Shown here piece by piece: positions 14,901 to 28,300 of a DNA stretch of 64,000 nt. Both the position numbers and the translations under genes were made by a program. Source of the stretch: Eledone cirrhosa. Its lineage: Eukaryota. The stretch spans positions 356,934,001 through 356,998,000 of the forward strand of contig OZ024741.1 of NCBI GenBank assembly GCA_964016885.1. Reading direction: 5' to 3'. Under the pieces are notes generated by a model. The model was not told where the DNA came from. It was given only the letters and a program-made list of their open reading frames with translations, and did not search any database. The first letter of the stretch is position 1. The number at the start of each line of letters is the position of its first letter.

Positions 14901-16250
14901 CCTACTGTTACACAGTCTTCACCACTACCATCAAGACCCCTGCTGCAACACAGTCTTTACCACTACCATCAATACCCCTACTGTTACACAGTCTTCAACA
15001 TTACCATCAAGACCCCTATTGTTCCACAGTCTTCGCTACTACCATCAAGACCCCTACTGTTACACAGTCTTCACCACTGCCATCAAGACCCTACTGTTAC
15101 ACAGTCTTCACCGCTATCATCAAGACCCCTACTGTTACACAGTCTTCACTACTACCATCAAGAGCCCTACTGTTCCACAGTCTTCACTACTACGATCAAG
15201 ACCCCTACTGTTACACAGTCTTCACCACTACCATCAAGACTCCTACTGTTACACAGTCTTCACCACTGCCATCAAGACTCATACTGTTACACAGTCTTCA
15301 CCATTACCATCAAGACTCCTACTGTTACACAGTCTTCACCATTACCATCAAGACCCCTATTGTTACACAGTCTTCACCACTACCATCAAGACCCCTACTG
15401 TTACACAGTCTTCACTGCTACCATCAAGACCCATACTGTTACACATTCTTCACTACTACCATTAAGACCCCTACTGTAACACAGTCTTTACCACTACTAT
15501 CAAGACCCCTACTGTTCCACAGACATCACCACTACCATCAAGACTCCTGCTGTTTCACAGTCTTCACCACTACCATCAAGATCCCTACTGTTATACAGTC
15601 TTCACCACTACCATCAAGACTCCTACCGTTACACAGTCTTCACCACTACCATCAAGACCCCTACTGTTACACAGTCTTCACCATTACCATCAAGACTCCT
15701 ACTGTTACACAGTCTTCACCACTAGCATCAAGACTCCTGCCGTTACACAGTCTTCACCATTACCATCAAGACCCCTACTGTTACAGAGTCTTCACCGCTA
15801 CCATCAAGACCCCTACTGTTCCACAGTCTTCACCACTACCATCAAGACTCCTACTGTTACGCAGTCTTCACCACTATCATCAAAACCCCTACTGTTACAC
15901 AGTCTTCACCACTACCATCAAGACCCCTACTGTTACACAATCTTCACTACTACCATCAAGACCCCTACTGTTACACAGTCTTCACCACTACCATCAAGAC
16001 TCCTACTGTTACACAGTCTTCACCATTACCATCAAGACCCCTACTGTTCCACAGTCTTCACCACTACCATCAACATCCCTACTGTTCCACAGTCTTCACA
16101 ACCACCATCAAGACCCCTACGGTTACACAGTCTTGACCACTACCATCAAGACACCTACTGTTACACAGTCTTCACCACTGCCATCAAGACTCCTACTGTT
16201 ACACAGTCTTCACCACTACCATCAAGACCCCTACTGTTCCACAGTCTTCA
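6000..16250 (+). repeat. Higher-order repeat block: 3,148-bp (83-monomer) unit with an internal 1,059-bp (28-monomer) duplication, giving a 4,207-bp offset
   Basis: The marker TTGTTCCACAGTCTTCGCTA lies at 7664, 10812, 11871 and 15019 (offsets 3148, 1059, 3148). Identical ORF translations occur at 7664/11871/15019 and at 9497/13704 (offset 4207). 83x38-6=3148 and 28x38-5=1059 match the short monomers counted in each unit. Confidence 0.92.
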
Positions 16251-19200
16251 CCACTACCATCAAGACCCCTACTGTTCCACAGTCTTCACCACTGCCATCA
16301 AGACTCCTACTGTTACACAGCCTTCACCATTACCATCAAGACCCATACTGTTCCACAGTCTTCACCACCACCATCAAGACCCCTACGGTTACACAGTCTT
16401 CACCACTACCATCAAGACCCCTACTGTTACACAGTCTTCACCACTGCCATCAAGACTCCTACTGTTACACAGTCTTCACCACTGCCATCAAGACTCCTAC
16501 TGTTACACAGCCTTCACCATTACCATCAAGACCCATACTGTTCCACAGTCTTCACCACCACCATCAAGACCCCTACGGTTACACAGTCTTCACCACTACC
16601 ATCAAGACCCCTACTGTTACACAGTCTTCACCACTACCATCAAGACCCCTACTGTTACACAGTCTTCACCACTACCATCAAGACCCCTACTGTTACACAG
16701 TCTTCACCACTGCCATCAAGACTCCTACTGTTACACAGTCTTCACCACTGCCATCAAGACCCCTACTGTTACACAGTCTTCAACACTACCATCAAGACCC
16801 CTACTGTTCCACAGTCTTCACCACTGCCATCAAGACTCCTACGGTTACACAGTCTTCACCACTACCATCAAGACCCCTACTGTTACACAGTCTTCACAAC
16901 CACCATCAAGACCCCTACGGTTACACAGTCTTCACCACTACCATCAAGACTCCTACTGTTACACAGTCTTCACTATTACCATCAAGACCCCTACTGTTAC
17001 ACAGTCTTCACCACTACCATCAAGACCCCTACTGTTCCACAGTCTTCACTATTACCATCAAGACTCCTACTGTTACACAGTCTTCACCACTACCATCAAG
17101 ACCCCTACTGTTACACAGTCTTCACCACTACCATCAAGACCCCTACTGTTACACAGTCTTCACCACTACCATCAAGACCCCTACTGTTACACAGTCTTCA
17201 CCACTACCATCAAGACCCCTACTGTTACACAGTCTTCACCACTACCATCAAGACCCCTACTGTTACACAGTCTTCACCACTACCATCAAGACCCCTACTG
17301 TTACACAGTCTTCACCACTACCATCAAGACTCCTACTGTTCCACAGTCTTCACCATTACCATCAAGACCCCTACTGTTCCACAATCTTCACCACTACCAT
17401 CAAGACTTCTACTGTTCGACAGTCTTCACCATTACCATCAAGACCCCTACTGTTACACAGTCTTCACCACTACCATCAAGACCCCTACTGTTACACAGTC
17501 TTCACCACTGCCATCAAGACTCCTACTGTTACACAGTCTTCACTATTACCATCAAGACTCCTACTGTTACACAGTCTTCACCCCTACCATCAAGACTCCT
17601 ACCGTTACACAGTCTTCACCACTACCATCAAGACCCCTACTGTTCCACAATCTTCACCACTACCATCAAGACTCCTACTGTTACAGTCTTCACCACTACC
17701 ATCAAGACTCCTACTGTTACACAGTCTTCACCACTACCATCAAGACCCCTACTGTTCCACAATCTTCACCACTACCATCAAGACCCCTACTGTTCCACAG
17801 TCTTCACCACTGCCATCAAGACTCCTACTGTTACACAGTCTTCACCACTACCATCAAGACCCCTACTGTTCCACAATCTTCACCACTACCATCAAGACTC
17901 CTACTGTTACACAGTCTTCACCACTACCATCAAGACCCCTGCTGTTACACAGTCTTCACCATTACCATCAAGATCCCTACTGTTACACAGTCTTCCCCAC
18001 TACCATCAAGACTCCTACTGTTCCACAGTCTTCACCACTGCCATCAAGACCCCTACTGTTACACAGTCTTCAACACTGCCATCAAGACCCCTACTGTTAC
18101 ACAGTCTTCAACACTACCATCAAGACCCCTACTGTTCCACAGTCTTCACCATTACCATCAAGATCCCTACTGTTACACAGTCTTCACCATTACCATCAAG
18201 ACTCCTACTGTTACACAGTCTTCCCCACTACCATCAAGACTCCTACTGTTACACAGTCTTCACCACTACCATCAAGACTCCTACTGTTACACAGTGTTCA
18301 CCATTACCATCAAGATCCCTACTGTTACACAGTCTTCACCATTACCATCAAGACTCCTACTGTTACACAGTCTTCACCACTGCCATCAAGACTCCTACTG
18401 TTACACAGTCTTCACCACTACCATCAAGACCCCTACTGTTACACAGTCTTCACCACTGCCATCAAGACTCCTACTGTTACACAGTCTTCACCACTACCAT
18501 CAAGACTCCTACTGTTACACAGTCTTCACCACTACCATCAAGACCCCTGCTGCAAGACAGTCTTTACCACTACCATCAATACCCCTACTGTTACACAGTC
18601 TTCACTATTACCATCAAGACCCCTACTGTTCCACAGTCTTCACTACTACCATCAAGACCCCTACTGTTACAGTCTTCACCACTACCATCAAGACCCCTAC
18701 TGTTACACAGTCTTCACCACTGCCATCAAGACTCCTACTGTTACACAGTCTTCACCACTGCCATCAAGACTCCTACTGTTACACAGTCTTCACCACTGCC
18801 ATCAAGACCCCTACTGTTACACAGTCTTCAACACTACCATCAAGACCCCTACTGTTCCACAGTCTTCACCACTGCCATCAAGACTCCTACGGTTACACAG
18901 TCTTCACCACTACCATCAAGACCCCTACTGTTACACAGTCTTCACAACCACCATCAAGACCCCTACGGTTACACAGTCTTCACCACTACCATCAAGACTC
19001 CTACTGTTACACAGTCTTCACTATTACCATCAAGACCCCTACTGTTACACAGTCTTCACCACTACCATCAAGACCCCTACTGTTCCACAGTCTTCACTAT
19101 TACCATCAAGACCCCTACTGTTCCACAGTCTTCACCACTACCATCAAGACCCCTACTGTTCCACAGTCTTCACCACTACCATCAAGACCCCTACTGTTAC

Positions 19201-22200
19201 AGTCTTCACCACTACCATCAAGACTCCTACTGTTACACAGTCTTCACCACTACCATCAAGACCCCTACTGTTCCACAATCTTCACCACTACCATCAAGAC
19301 TTCTACTGTTCGACAGTCTTCACCACTACCATCAAGACCCCTACTGTTACACAGTCTTCACCACTACCATCAAGACTCCTACCGTTACACAGTCTTCACC
19401 ACTGCCATCAAGACTCCTACTGTTCGACAGTCTTCACCACTACCATCAAGACCCCTACTGTTCCACAGTCTTCACTACTACCATCAAGACCCCTACTGTT
19501 ACAGTCTTCACCACTGCCATCAAGACTCCTACTGTTACACAGTCTTCACCATTACCATCAAGACTCCTACTGTTACACAGTCTTCACCACTACCATCAAG
19601 ACCCCTACTGTTACAGTCTTCACCACTACCATCAAGACCCCTACTGTTACAGTCTTCACCACTACCATCAAGACTCCTACTGTTAAACAGTCTTCACCAC
19701 TGCCATCAAGACTCCTACTGTTACACAGTCTTCACCGCTACCATCAAGACCCATACTGTTACACAGTCTTCACTACTACCATCAAGAGCCCTACTGTTAC
19801 ACAGTCTTCACCATTACCATCAAGACCCCTACTGTTACACAGTCTTCACCACTACCATCCAGACTACTACTGTTATACGGTCTTCACCATTACCATCAAG
19901 ACCCTTACTGTTCCACAGTCTTCACTACTACGATCAAGACCCCCTACTGTTACACAGTCTTCACCACTACCATCAAGACCCCCTACTGTTACACAGTCTT
20001 CACCACTACCATCAAGACTCCTACTGTTACACAGACTTCACCACTACCATCAAGACTCCTGCTGTTCCACAGTCTTCACCACTACCATCAAGATCCCTAT
20101 TGTTACACAGTCTTCACCACTGCCATCAAGACCCTACTGTTACACAGTCTTCACCGCTATCATCAAGACCCCTACTGTTACACAGTCTTCACTACTACCA
20201 TCAAGAGCCCTACTGTTCCACAGTCTTCACTACTACGATCAAGACCCCTACTGTTACAGAGTCTTCACCACTGCCATCAAGACCCCTACTGTTACACAGT
20301 CTTCACCATTACCATCAAGACTCCTACTGTTACACAGTCTTCACCACTACCATCAAGACCCCTGCTGCAACACAGTCTTTACCACTACCATCAATACCCC
20401 TACTGTTACACAGTCTTCAACATTACCATCAAGACCCCTATTGTTCCACAGTCTTCGCTACTACCATCAAGACCCCTACTGTTACACAGTCTTCACCACT
20501 GCCATCAAGACCCTACTGTTACACAGTCTTCACCGCTATCATCAAGACCCCTACTGTTACACAGTCTTCACTACTACCATCAAGAGCCCTACTGTTCCAC
20601 AGTCTTCACTACTACGATCAAGACCCCTACTGTTACACAGTCTTCACCACTACCATCAAGACTCCTACTGTTACACAGTCTTCACCACTGCCATCAAGAC
20701 TCATACTGTTACACAGTCTTCACCATTACCATCAAGACTCCTACTGTTACACAGTCTTCACCATTACCATCAAGACCCCTATTGTTACACAGTCTTCACC
20801 ACTACCATCAAGACCCCTACTGTTACACAGTCTTCACTGCTACCATCAAGACCCATACTGTTACACATTCTTCACTACTACCATTAAGACCCCTACTGTA
20901 ACACAGTCTTTACCACTACTATCAAGACCCCTACTGTTCCACAGACATCACCACTACCATCAAGACTCCTGCTGTTTCACAGTCTTCACCACTACCATCA
21001 AGATCCCTACTGTTATACAGTCTTCACCACTACCATCAAGACTCCTACCGTTACACAGTCTTCACCACTACCATCAAGACCCCTACTGTTACACAGTCTT
21101 CACCACTACCATCAAGACTCCTACTGTTACACAGTCTTCACCACTAGCATCAAGACTCCTGCCGTTACACAGTCTTCACCATTACCATCAAGACCCCTAC
21201 TGTTACAGAGTCTTCACCGCTACCATCAAGACCCCTACTGTTCCACAGTCTTCACCACTACCATCAAGACTCCTACTGTTACGCAGTCTTCACCACTATC
21301 ATCAAAACCCCTACTGTTACACAGTCTTCACCACTACCATCAAGACCCCTACTGTTACACAATCTTCACTACTACCATCAAGACCCCTACTGTTACACAG
21401 TCTTCACCACTACCATCAAGACTCCTACTGTTACACAGTCTTCACCATTACCATCAAGACCCCTACTGTTCCACAGTCTTCACCACTACCATCAACATCC
21501 CTACTGTTCCACAGTCTTCACAACCACCATCAAGACCCCTACTGTTCCACAGTCTTCACCACTACCATCAACATCCCTACTGTTCCACAGTCTTCACAAC
21601 CACCATCAAGACCCCTACGGTTACACAGTCTTCACCACTACCATCAAGACACCTACTGTTACACAGTCTTCACCACTGCCATCAAGACTCCTACTGTTAC
21701 ACAGTCTTCACCACTACCATCAAGACCCCTACTGTTCCACAGTCTTCACCACTGCCATCAAGACTCCTACTGTTACACAGTCTTCACCACTGCCATCAAG
21801 ACCCCTACTGTTACACAGTCTTCAACACTACCATCAAGACCCCTACTGTTCCACAGTCTTCACCACTGCCATCAAGACTCCTACTGTTACACAGCCTTCA
21901 CCATTACCATCAAGACCCATACTGTTCCACAGTCTTCACCACCACCATCAAGACCCCTACGGTTACACAGTCTTCACCACTACCATCAAGACCCCTACTG
22001 TTACACAGTCTTCACCACTGCCATCAAGACTCCTACTGTTACACAGTCTTCAGCACTGCCATCAAGACTCCTACTGTTACACAGCCTTCACCATTACCAT
22101 CAAGACCCATACTGTTCCACAGTCTTCACCACCACCATCAAGTCCCCTACGGTTACACAGTCTTCACCACTACCATCAAGACCCCTACTGTTACACAGTC

Positions 22201-25200
22201 TTCACCACTACCATCAAGACCCCTACTGTTACACAGTCTTCACCACTACCATCAAGACCCCTACTGTTACACAGTCTTCACCACTGCCATCAAGACTCCT
22301 ACTGTTACACAGTCTTCACCACTGCCATCAAGACCCCTACTGTTACACAGTCTTCAACACTACCATCAAGACCCCTACTGTTCCACAGTCTTCACCACTG
22401 CCATCAAGACTCCTACGGTTACACAGTCTTCACCACTACCATCAAGACCCCTACTGTTACACAGTCTTCACAACCACCATCAAGACCCCTACGGTTACAC
22501 AGTCTTCACCACTACCATCAAGACTCCTACTGTTACACAGTCTTCACTATTACCATCAAGACCCCTACTGTTACACAGTCTTCACCACTACCATCAAGAC
22601 CCCTACTGTTCCACAGTCTTCACTATTACCATCAAGACTCCTACTGTTACACAGTCTTCACCACTACCATCAAGACCCCTACTGTTCCACAATCTTCACC
22701 ACTACCATCAAGACTTCTACTGTTCGACAGTCTTCACCATTACCATCAAGACCCCTACTGTTACACAGTCTTCACCACTACCATCAAGACCCCTACTGTT
22801 ACACAGTCTTCACCACTACCATCAAGACTCCTACTGTTACACAGTCTTCACCACTACCGTCAAGAGCCCTACTGTTACACAGTCTTCACCACTACCATCA
22901 AGACTCCTACTGTTACACAGTCTTCACCACTACCATCAAGACTCCTACCGTTACACAGTCTTCACCACTACCATCAAGACTCCTACTGTTACACAGTCTT
23001 CACCACTACCATCAAGACCCCTACTGTTACACAGTCTTCACCCCTACCATCAAGACCCCTACTGTTACACAGTCTTCACCACTACCATCAAGATCCCTAC
23101 TGTTACACAGTCTTCACCATTACCATCAAGACTCCTACCGTTACACAGTCTTCACCACTACCATCAAGACTCCTACTGTTACACAGTCTTCACCACTACC
23201 ATCAAGACCCCTACTGTTACACAGTCTTCACCCCTACCATCAAGACTCCTACTGTTCCACAATCTTCACCACTACCATCAAGACTCCTACTGTTCAACAG
23301 TCTTCACCACTACCATCAAGACCCCTACTGTTACACAGTCTTCACCACTACCATCAAGATCCCTACTGTTACACAGTCTTCCCCACTACCATCAAGACTC
23401 CTACTGTTCCACAGTCTTCACCACTGCCATCAAGACCCCTACTGTTACACAGTCTTCAACACTGCCATCAAGACCCCTACTGTTACACAGTCTTCAACAC
23501 TACCATCAAGACCCCTACTGTTCCACAGTCTTCACCATTACCATCAAGATCCCTACTGTTACACAGTCTTCACCATTACCATCAAGACTCCTACTGTTAC
23601 ACAGTCTTCCCCACTACCATCAAGACTCCTACTGTTACACAGTCTTCACCACTGCCATCAAGACTCCTACTGTTACACAGTCTTCACCACTACCATCAAG
23701 ACTCCTACTGTTACACAGTGTTCACCATTACCATCAAGATCCCTACTGTTACACAGTCTTCACCATTACCATCTAGACTCCTACTGTTACACAGTCTTCA
23801 CCACTACCATCAAGACCCCTACTGTTACACAGTCTTCACCACTACCATCAAGACTCCTACTGTTACACAGTCTTCACCACTACCATCAAGACCCCTGCTG
23901 CAAGACAGTCTTTACCACTACCATCAATACCCCTACTGTTACACAGTCTTCACAACCACCATCAAGACCCCTACGGTTACACAGTCTTCACCACTACCAT
24001 CAAGACTCCTACTGTTACACAGTCTTCACTATTACCATCAAGACCCCTACTGTTACACAGTCTTCACCACTACCATCAAGACCCCTACTGTTCCACAGTC
24101 TTCACTATTACCATCAAGACCCCTACTGTTCCACAGTCTTCACCACTGCCATCAAGACTCCTACTGTTACACAGTCTTCACCACTACCATCAAGACTCCT
24201 ACTGTTACACAGTCTTCACCACTACCATCAAGACCCCTGCTGCAAGACAGTCTTTACCACTACCATCAATACCCCTACTGTTACACAGTCTTCACCATTA
24301 CCATCAAGACCCCTACTGTTCCACAGTCTTCACTACTACCATCAAGACCCCTACTGTTACAGTCTTCACCACTACCATCAAGACCCCTACTGTTACACAG
24401 TCTTCACCACTGCCATCAAGACTCCTACTGTTACACAGTCTTCACCACTGCCATCAAGACTCCTACTGTTACACAGTCTTCACCACTGCCATCAAGACCC
24501 CTACTGTTACACAGTCTTCAACACTACCATCAAGACCCCTACTGTTCCACAGTCTTCACCACTGCCATCAAGACTCCTACTGTTACACAGTCTTCACCAC
24601 TACCATCAAGACCCCTTCTGTTCCACAGTCTTCACCACTGCCATCAAGACTCCTACTGTTACACAGTCTTCACCACTGCCATCAAGACTCCTACTGTTAC
24701 ACAGTCTTCACCACTGCCATCAAGACCCCTACTGTTACACAGTCTTCAACACTACCATCAAGACCCCTACTGTTCCACAGTCTTCACCACTGCCATCAAG
24801 ACTCCTACTGTTACACAGTCTTCACCACTACCATCAAGACCCCTTCTGTTCCACAGTCTTCACCACTGCCATCAAGACTCCTACTGTTACACAGTCTTCA
24901 CCACTACCATCAAGACCCCTACTGTTACAGTCTTCACCACTACCATCAAGACCCCTACTGTTACAGTCTTCACCACTACCATCAAGACTCCTACTGTTAA
25001 ACAGTCTTCACCACTGCCATCAAGACTCCTACTGTTACACAGTCTTCACCGCTACCATCAAGACCCATACTGTTACACAGTCTTCACTACTACCATCAAG
25101 ACTCCTACTGTTACACAGTCTTCACCACTACCATCAAGACCCCTACTGTTACACAGTCTTCACCACTACCATCCAGACTACTACTGTTATACGGTCTTCA

Positions 25201-25300
25201 CCATTACCATCAAGACCCTTACTGTTCCACAGTCTTCACTACTACGATCAAGACCCCCTACTGTTACACAGTCTTCACCACTACCATCAAGACCCCTACT
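14900..25300 (+). repeat. Imperfect tandem duplication with about 5.3-5.4 kb offset
   Basis: Marker pairs: 15019/20441 and TAA ends 15465/20887 (5422), TCTTCCCC 17991/23377 (5386), GTGTTC 18294/23718 (5424), ATCCAGACTACTACTGTTATACGG 19857/25171 (5314). Confidence 0.8.
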
Positions 25301-28300
25301 GTTACACAGTCTTCACCACTACCATCAAGACTCCTACTGTTACACAGTCTCCACCACTACCATCAAGACTCCTACTGTTACACAGTCTTCACCATTACCA
25401 TCAAGACTCCTGCCGTTACACAGTCTCCACCACTACCATCAAGACTCCTACTGTTACACAGTCTCCACCACTACCATCAAGACCCCTACTGTTACACAGT
25501 CTTCACCACTACCATCAAGACCCCTACTGTTACACAGTCTTCACCACTACCATCAATACCCCTACTGTTACACAGTCTTCACCACTACCATCAAGACTCC
25601 TACTGTTACACAGTCTTCACCATTACCATCAAGACTCCTGCCGTTACACAGTCTCCACCACTACCATCAAGACTCCTACTGTTACACAGTCTTCACCACT
25701 AGCATCAAGACTCCTGCCGTTACACAGTCTTCACCATTACCATCAAGACCCCTACTGTTACAGAGTCTTCACCACTACCATCAAGACCCCTACTGTTACA
25801 CAGTCTTCACCACTACCATCAAGACTCCTACTGTTAAACAGTCTTCACCACTGCCATCAAGACTCCTACTGTTACACAGTCTTCACCACTACCATCAAGA
25901 CCCCTACTGTTACACAGTCTTCACCACTACCATCAAGACCCCTACTGTTACACAGTCTCCACTACTACCATCAAGATACTTCTGTTACACAGTCTTCACC
26001 ACTGCCATCAAGACTCCTACTGTTACACAGTCTTCACCACTACCATCAAGACCCCTACTGTTACACAGTCTTCACCACTACCATCAAGACCCCTACTGTT
26101 ACACAGTCTTCACCACTGCCATCAAGACCCCTACTGTTACACAGTCTTCACCACTGCCATCAAGAACCCTACTGTTACACAGTCTTCACCACTGCCATCA
26201 AGACCCCTACTGTTACACAGTCTTCACCACTGCCATCAAGAACCCTACTGTTACACAGTCTTCACCACTACCATCAGGACCCCTACTGTTACACAGTCTT
26301 CACCACTACCATCAAGACCCCTACTGTTCCACAGTCTTCACCACTACCATCAAGACTCCTACTGTTACGCAGTCTTCACCACTACCATCAAGACTCCTAC
26401 TGTTAAAAAGTCTTCACCACTGCCATCAAGACTCCTACTGTTACACAGTCTTCACCACTACCATCAAGACCCCTACTGTTACACAGTCTTCACCACTACC
26501 ATCAACATCCCTACTGTTACACAGTCTTCACCACTATCATCAGGACCCCTACTGTTACACAGTCTTTACCGCTACCATCAAGACCCCTACTGTTCCACAG
26601 TCTTCACCACTACCATCAAGACTCCTACTGTTACGCAGTCTTCACCACTATCATCAAAACCCCTACTGTTACACAGTCTTCACCACTACCATCAAGACCC
26701 CTACTGTTACACAGTCTTCACTACTACCATCAAGACCCCTACTGTTACACAGTCTTCACCACTACCATCAAGACTCCTACTGTTACGCAGTCTTCACCAC
26801 TATCATCAAAACCCCTACTGTTACACTGTCTTCACCACTACCATCAAGACCCCTACTGTTACACAGTCTTCACTACTACCATCAAGACCCCTACTGTTAC
26901 ACAGTCTTCACCACTACCATCAAGACCCCTACTGTTCCACAGTCTTCACCACTACCATCAACATCCCTACTGTTCCACAGTCTTCACAACCACCATCAAG
27001 ACCCCTACGGTTACACAGTCTTGACCACTACCATCAAGACCCCTACTGTTACACAGTCTTCACCACTGCCATCAAGACTCCTACTGTTACACAGTCTTCA
27101 CCACTACCATCAAGACTCCTACTGTTACACAGTCTTCACCATTACCATCAAGACTCCTGCTGTTACACAGTCTTCACCACTAGCATCAAGACTCCTGCCG
27201 TTACACAGTCTTCACCATTACCATCAAGACCCCTACTGTTACAGAGTCTTCACCACTACCATCAAGACCCCTACTGTTACACAGTCTTCACCACTACCAT
27301 CAAGACTCCTACTGTTAAACAGTCTTCACCACTGCCATCAAGACTCCTACTGTTACACAGTCTTCACCACTACCATCAAGACCCCTACTGTTACACAGTC
27401 TTCACCACTACCATCAAGACCCCTACTGTTACACAGTCTCCACTACTACCATCAAGATACTTCTGTTACACAGTCTTCACCACTGCCATCAAGACTCCTA
27501 CTGTTACACAGTCTTCACCACTACCATCAAGACCCCTACTGTTACACAGTCTTCAACACTACCATCAAGACCCCTACTGTTACACAGTCTTCACCACTGC
27601 CATCAAGACCCCTACTGTTACACAGTCTTCACCACTGCCATCAAGAACCCTACTGTTACACAGTCTTCACCACTGCCATCAAGACCCCTACTGTTACACA
27701 GTCTTCACCACTGCCATCAAGAACCCTACTGTTACACAGTCTTCACCACTACCATCAGGACCCCTACTGTTACACAGTCTTCACCACTACCATCAAGATC
27801 CCTACTGTTACACAGTCTTCACCACTACCATCAAGACTCCTACTGTTGCTCAGTCTTCACCACTACCATCAAGCCTCCTACTGTTACACAGTCTTCACCA
27901 CTACCATCAGGACCCCTACTGTTACACAGTCTTCACCACTACCATCAGGACCCCTACTGTTCCACAGTCTTCACCACTACCATCAAGACTCCTACTGTTA
28001 CGCAGTCTTCACCACTACCATCAAGAACCCTACTGTTACACAGTCTTCACCACTGCCATCAAGACCCCTACTGTTACACAGTCTTCACCACTGCCATCAA
28101 GAACCCTACTGTTACACAGTCTTCACCACTACCATCAGGACCCCTACTGTTACACAGTCTTCACCACTACCATCAAGACCCCTACTGTTACACAGTCTTC
28201 ACCACTACCATCAAGACTCCTACTGTTACACAGTCTTCACCACTACCATCAGGACCCCTACTGTTACACAGTCTTCACCACTACCATCAAGACTCCTACT

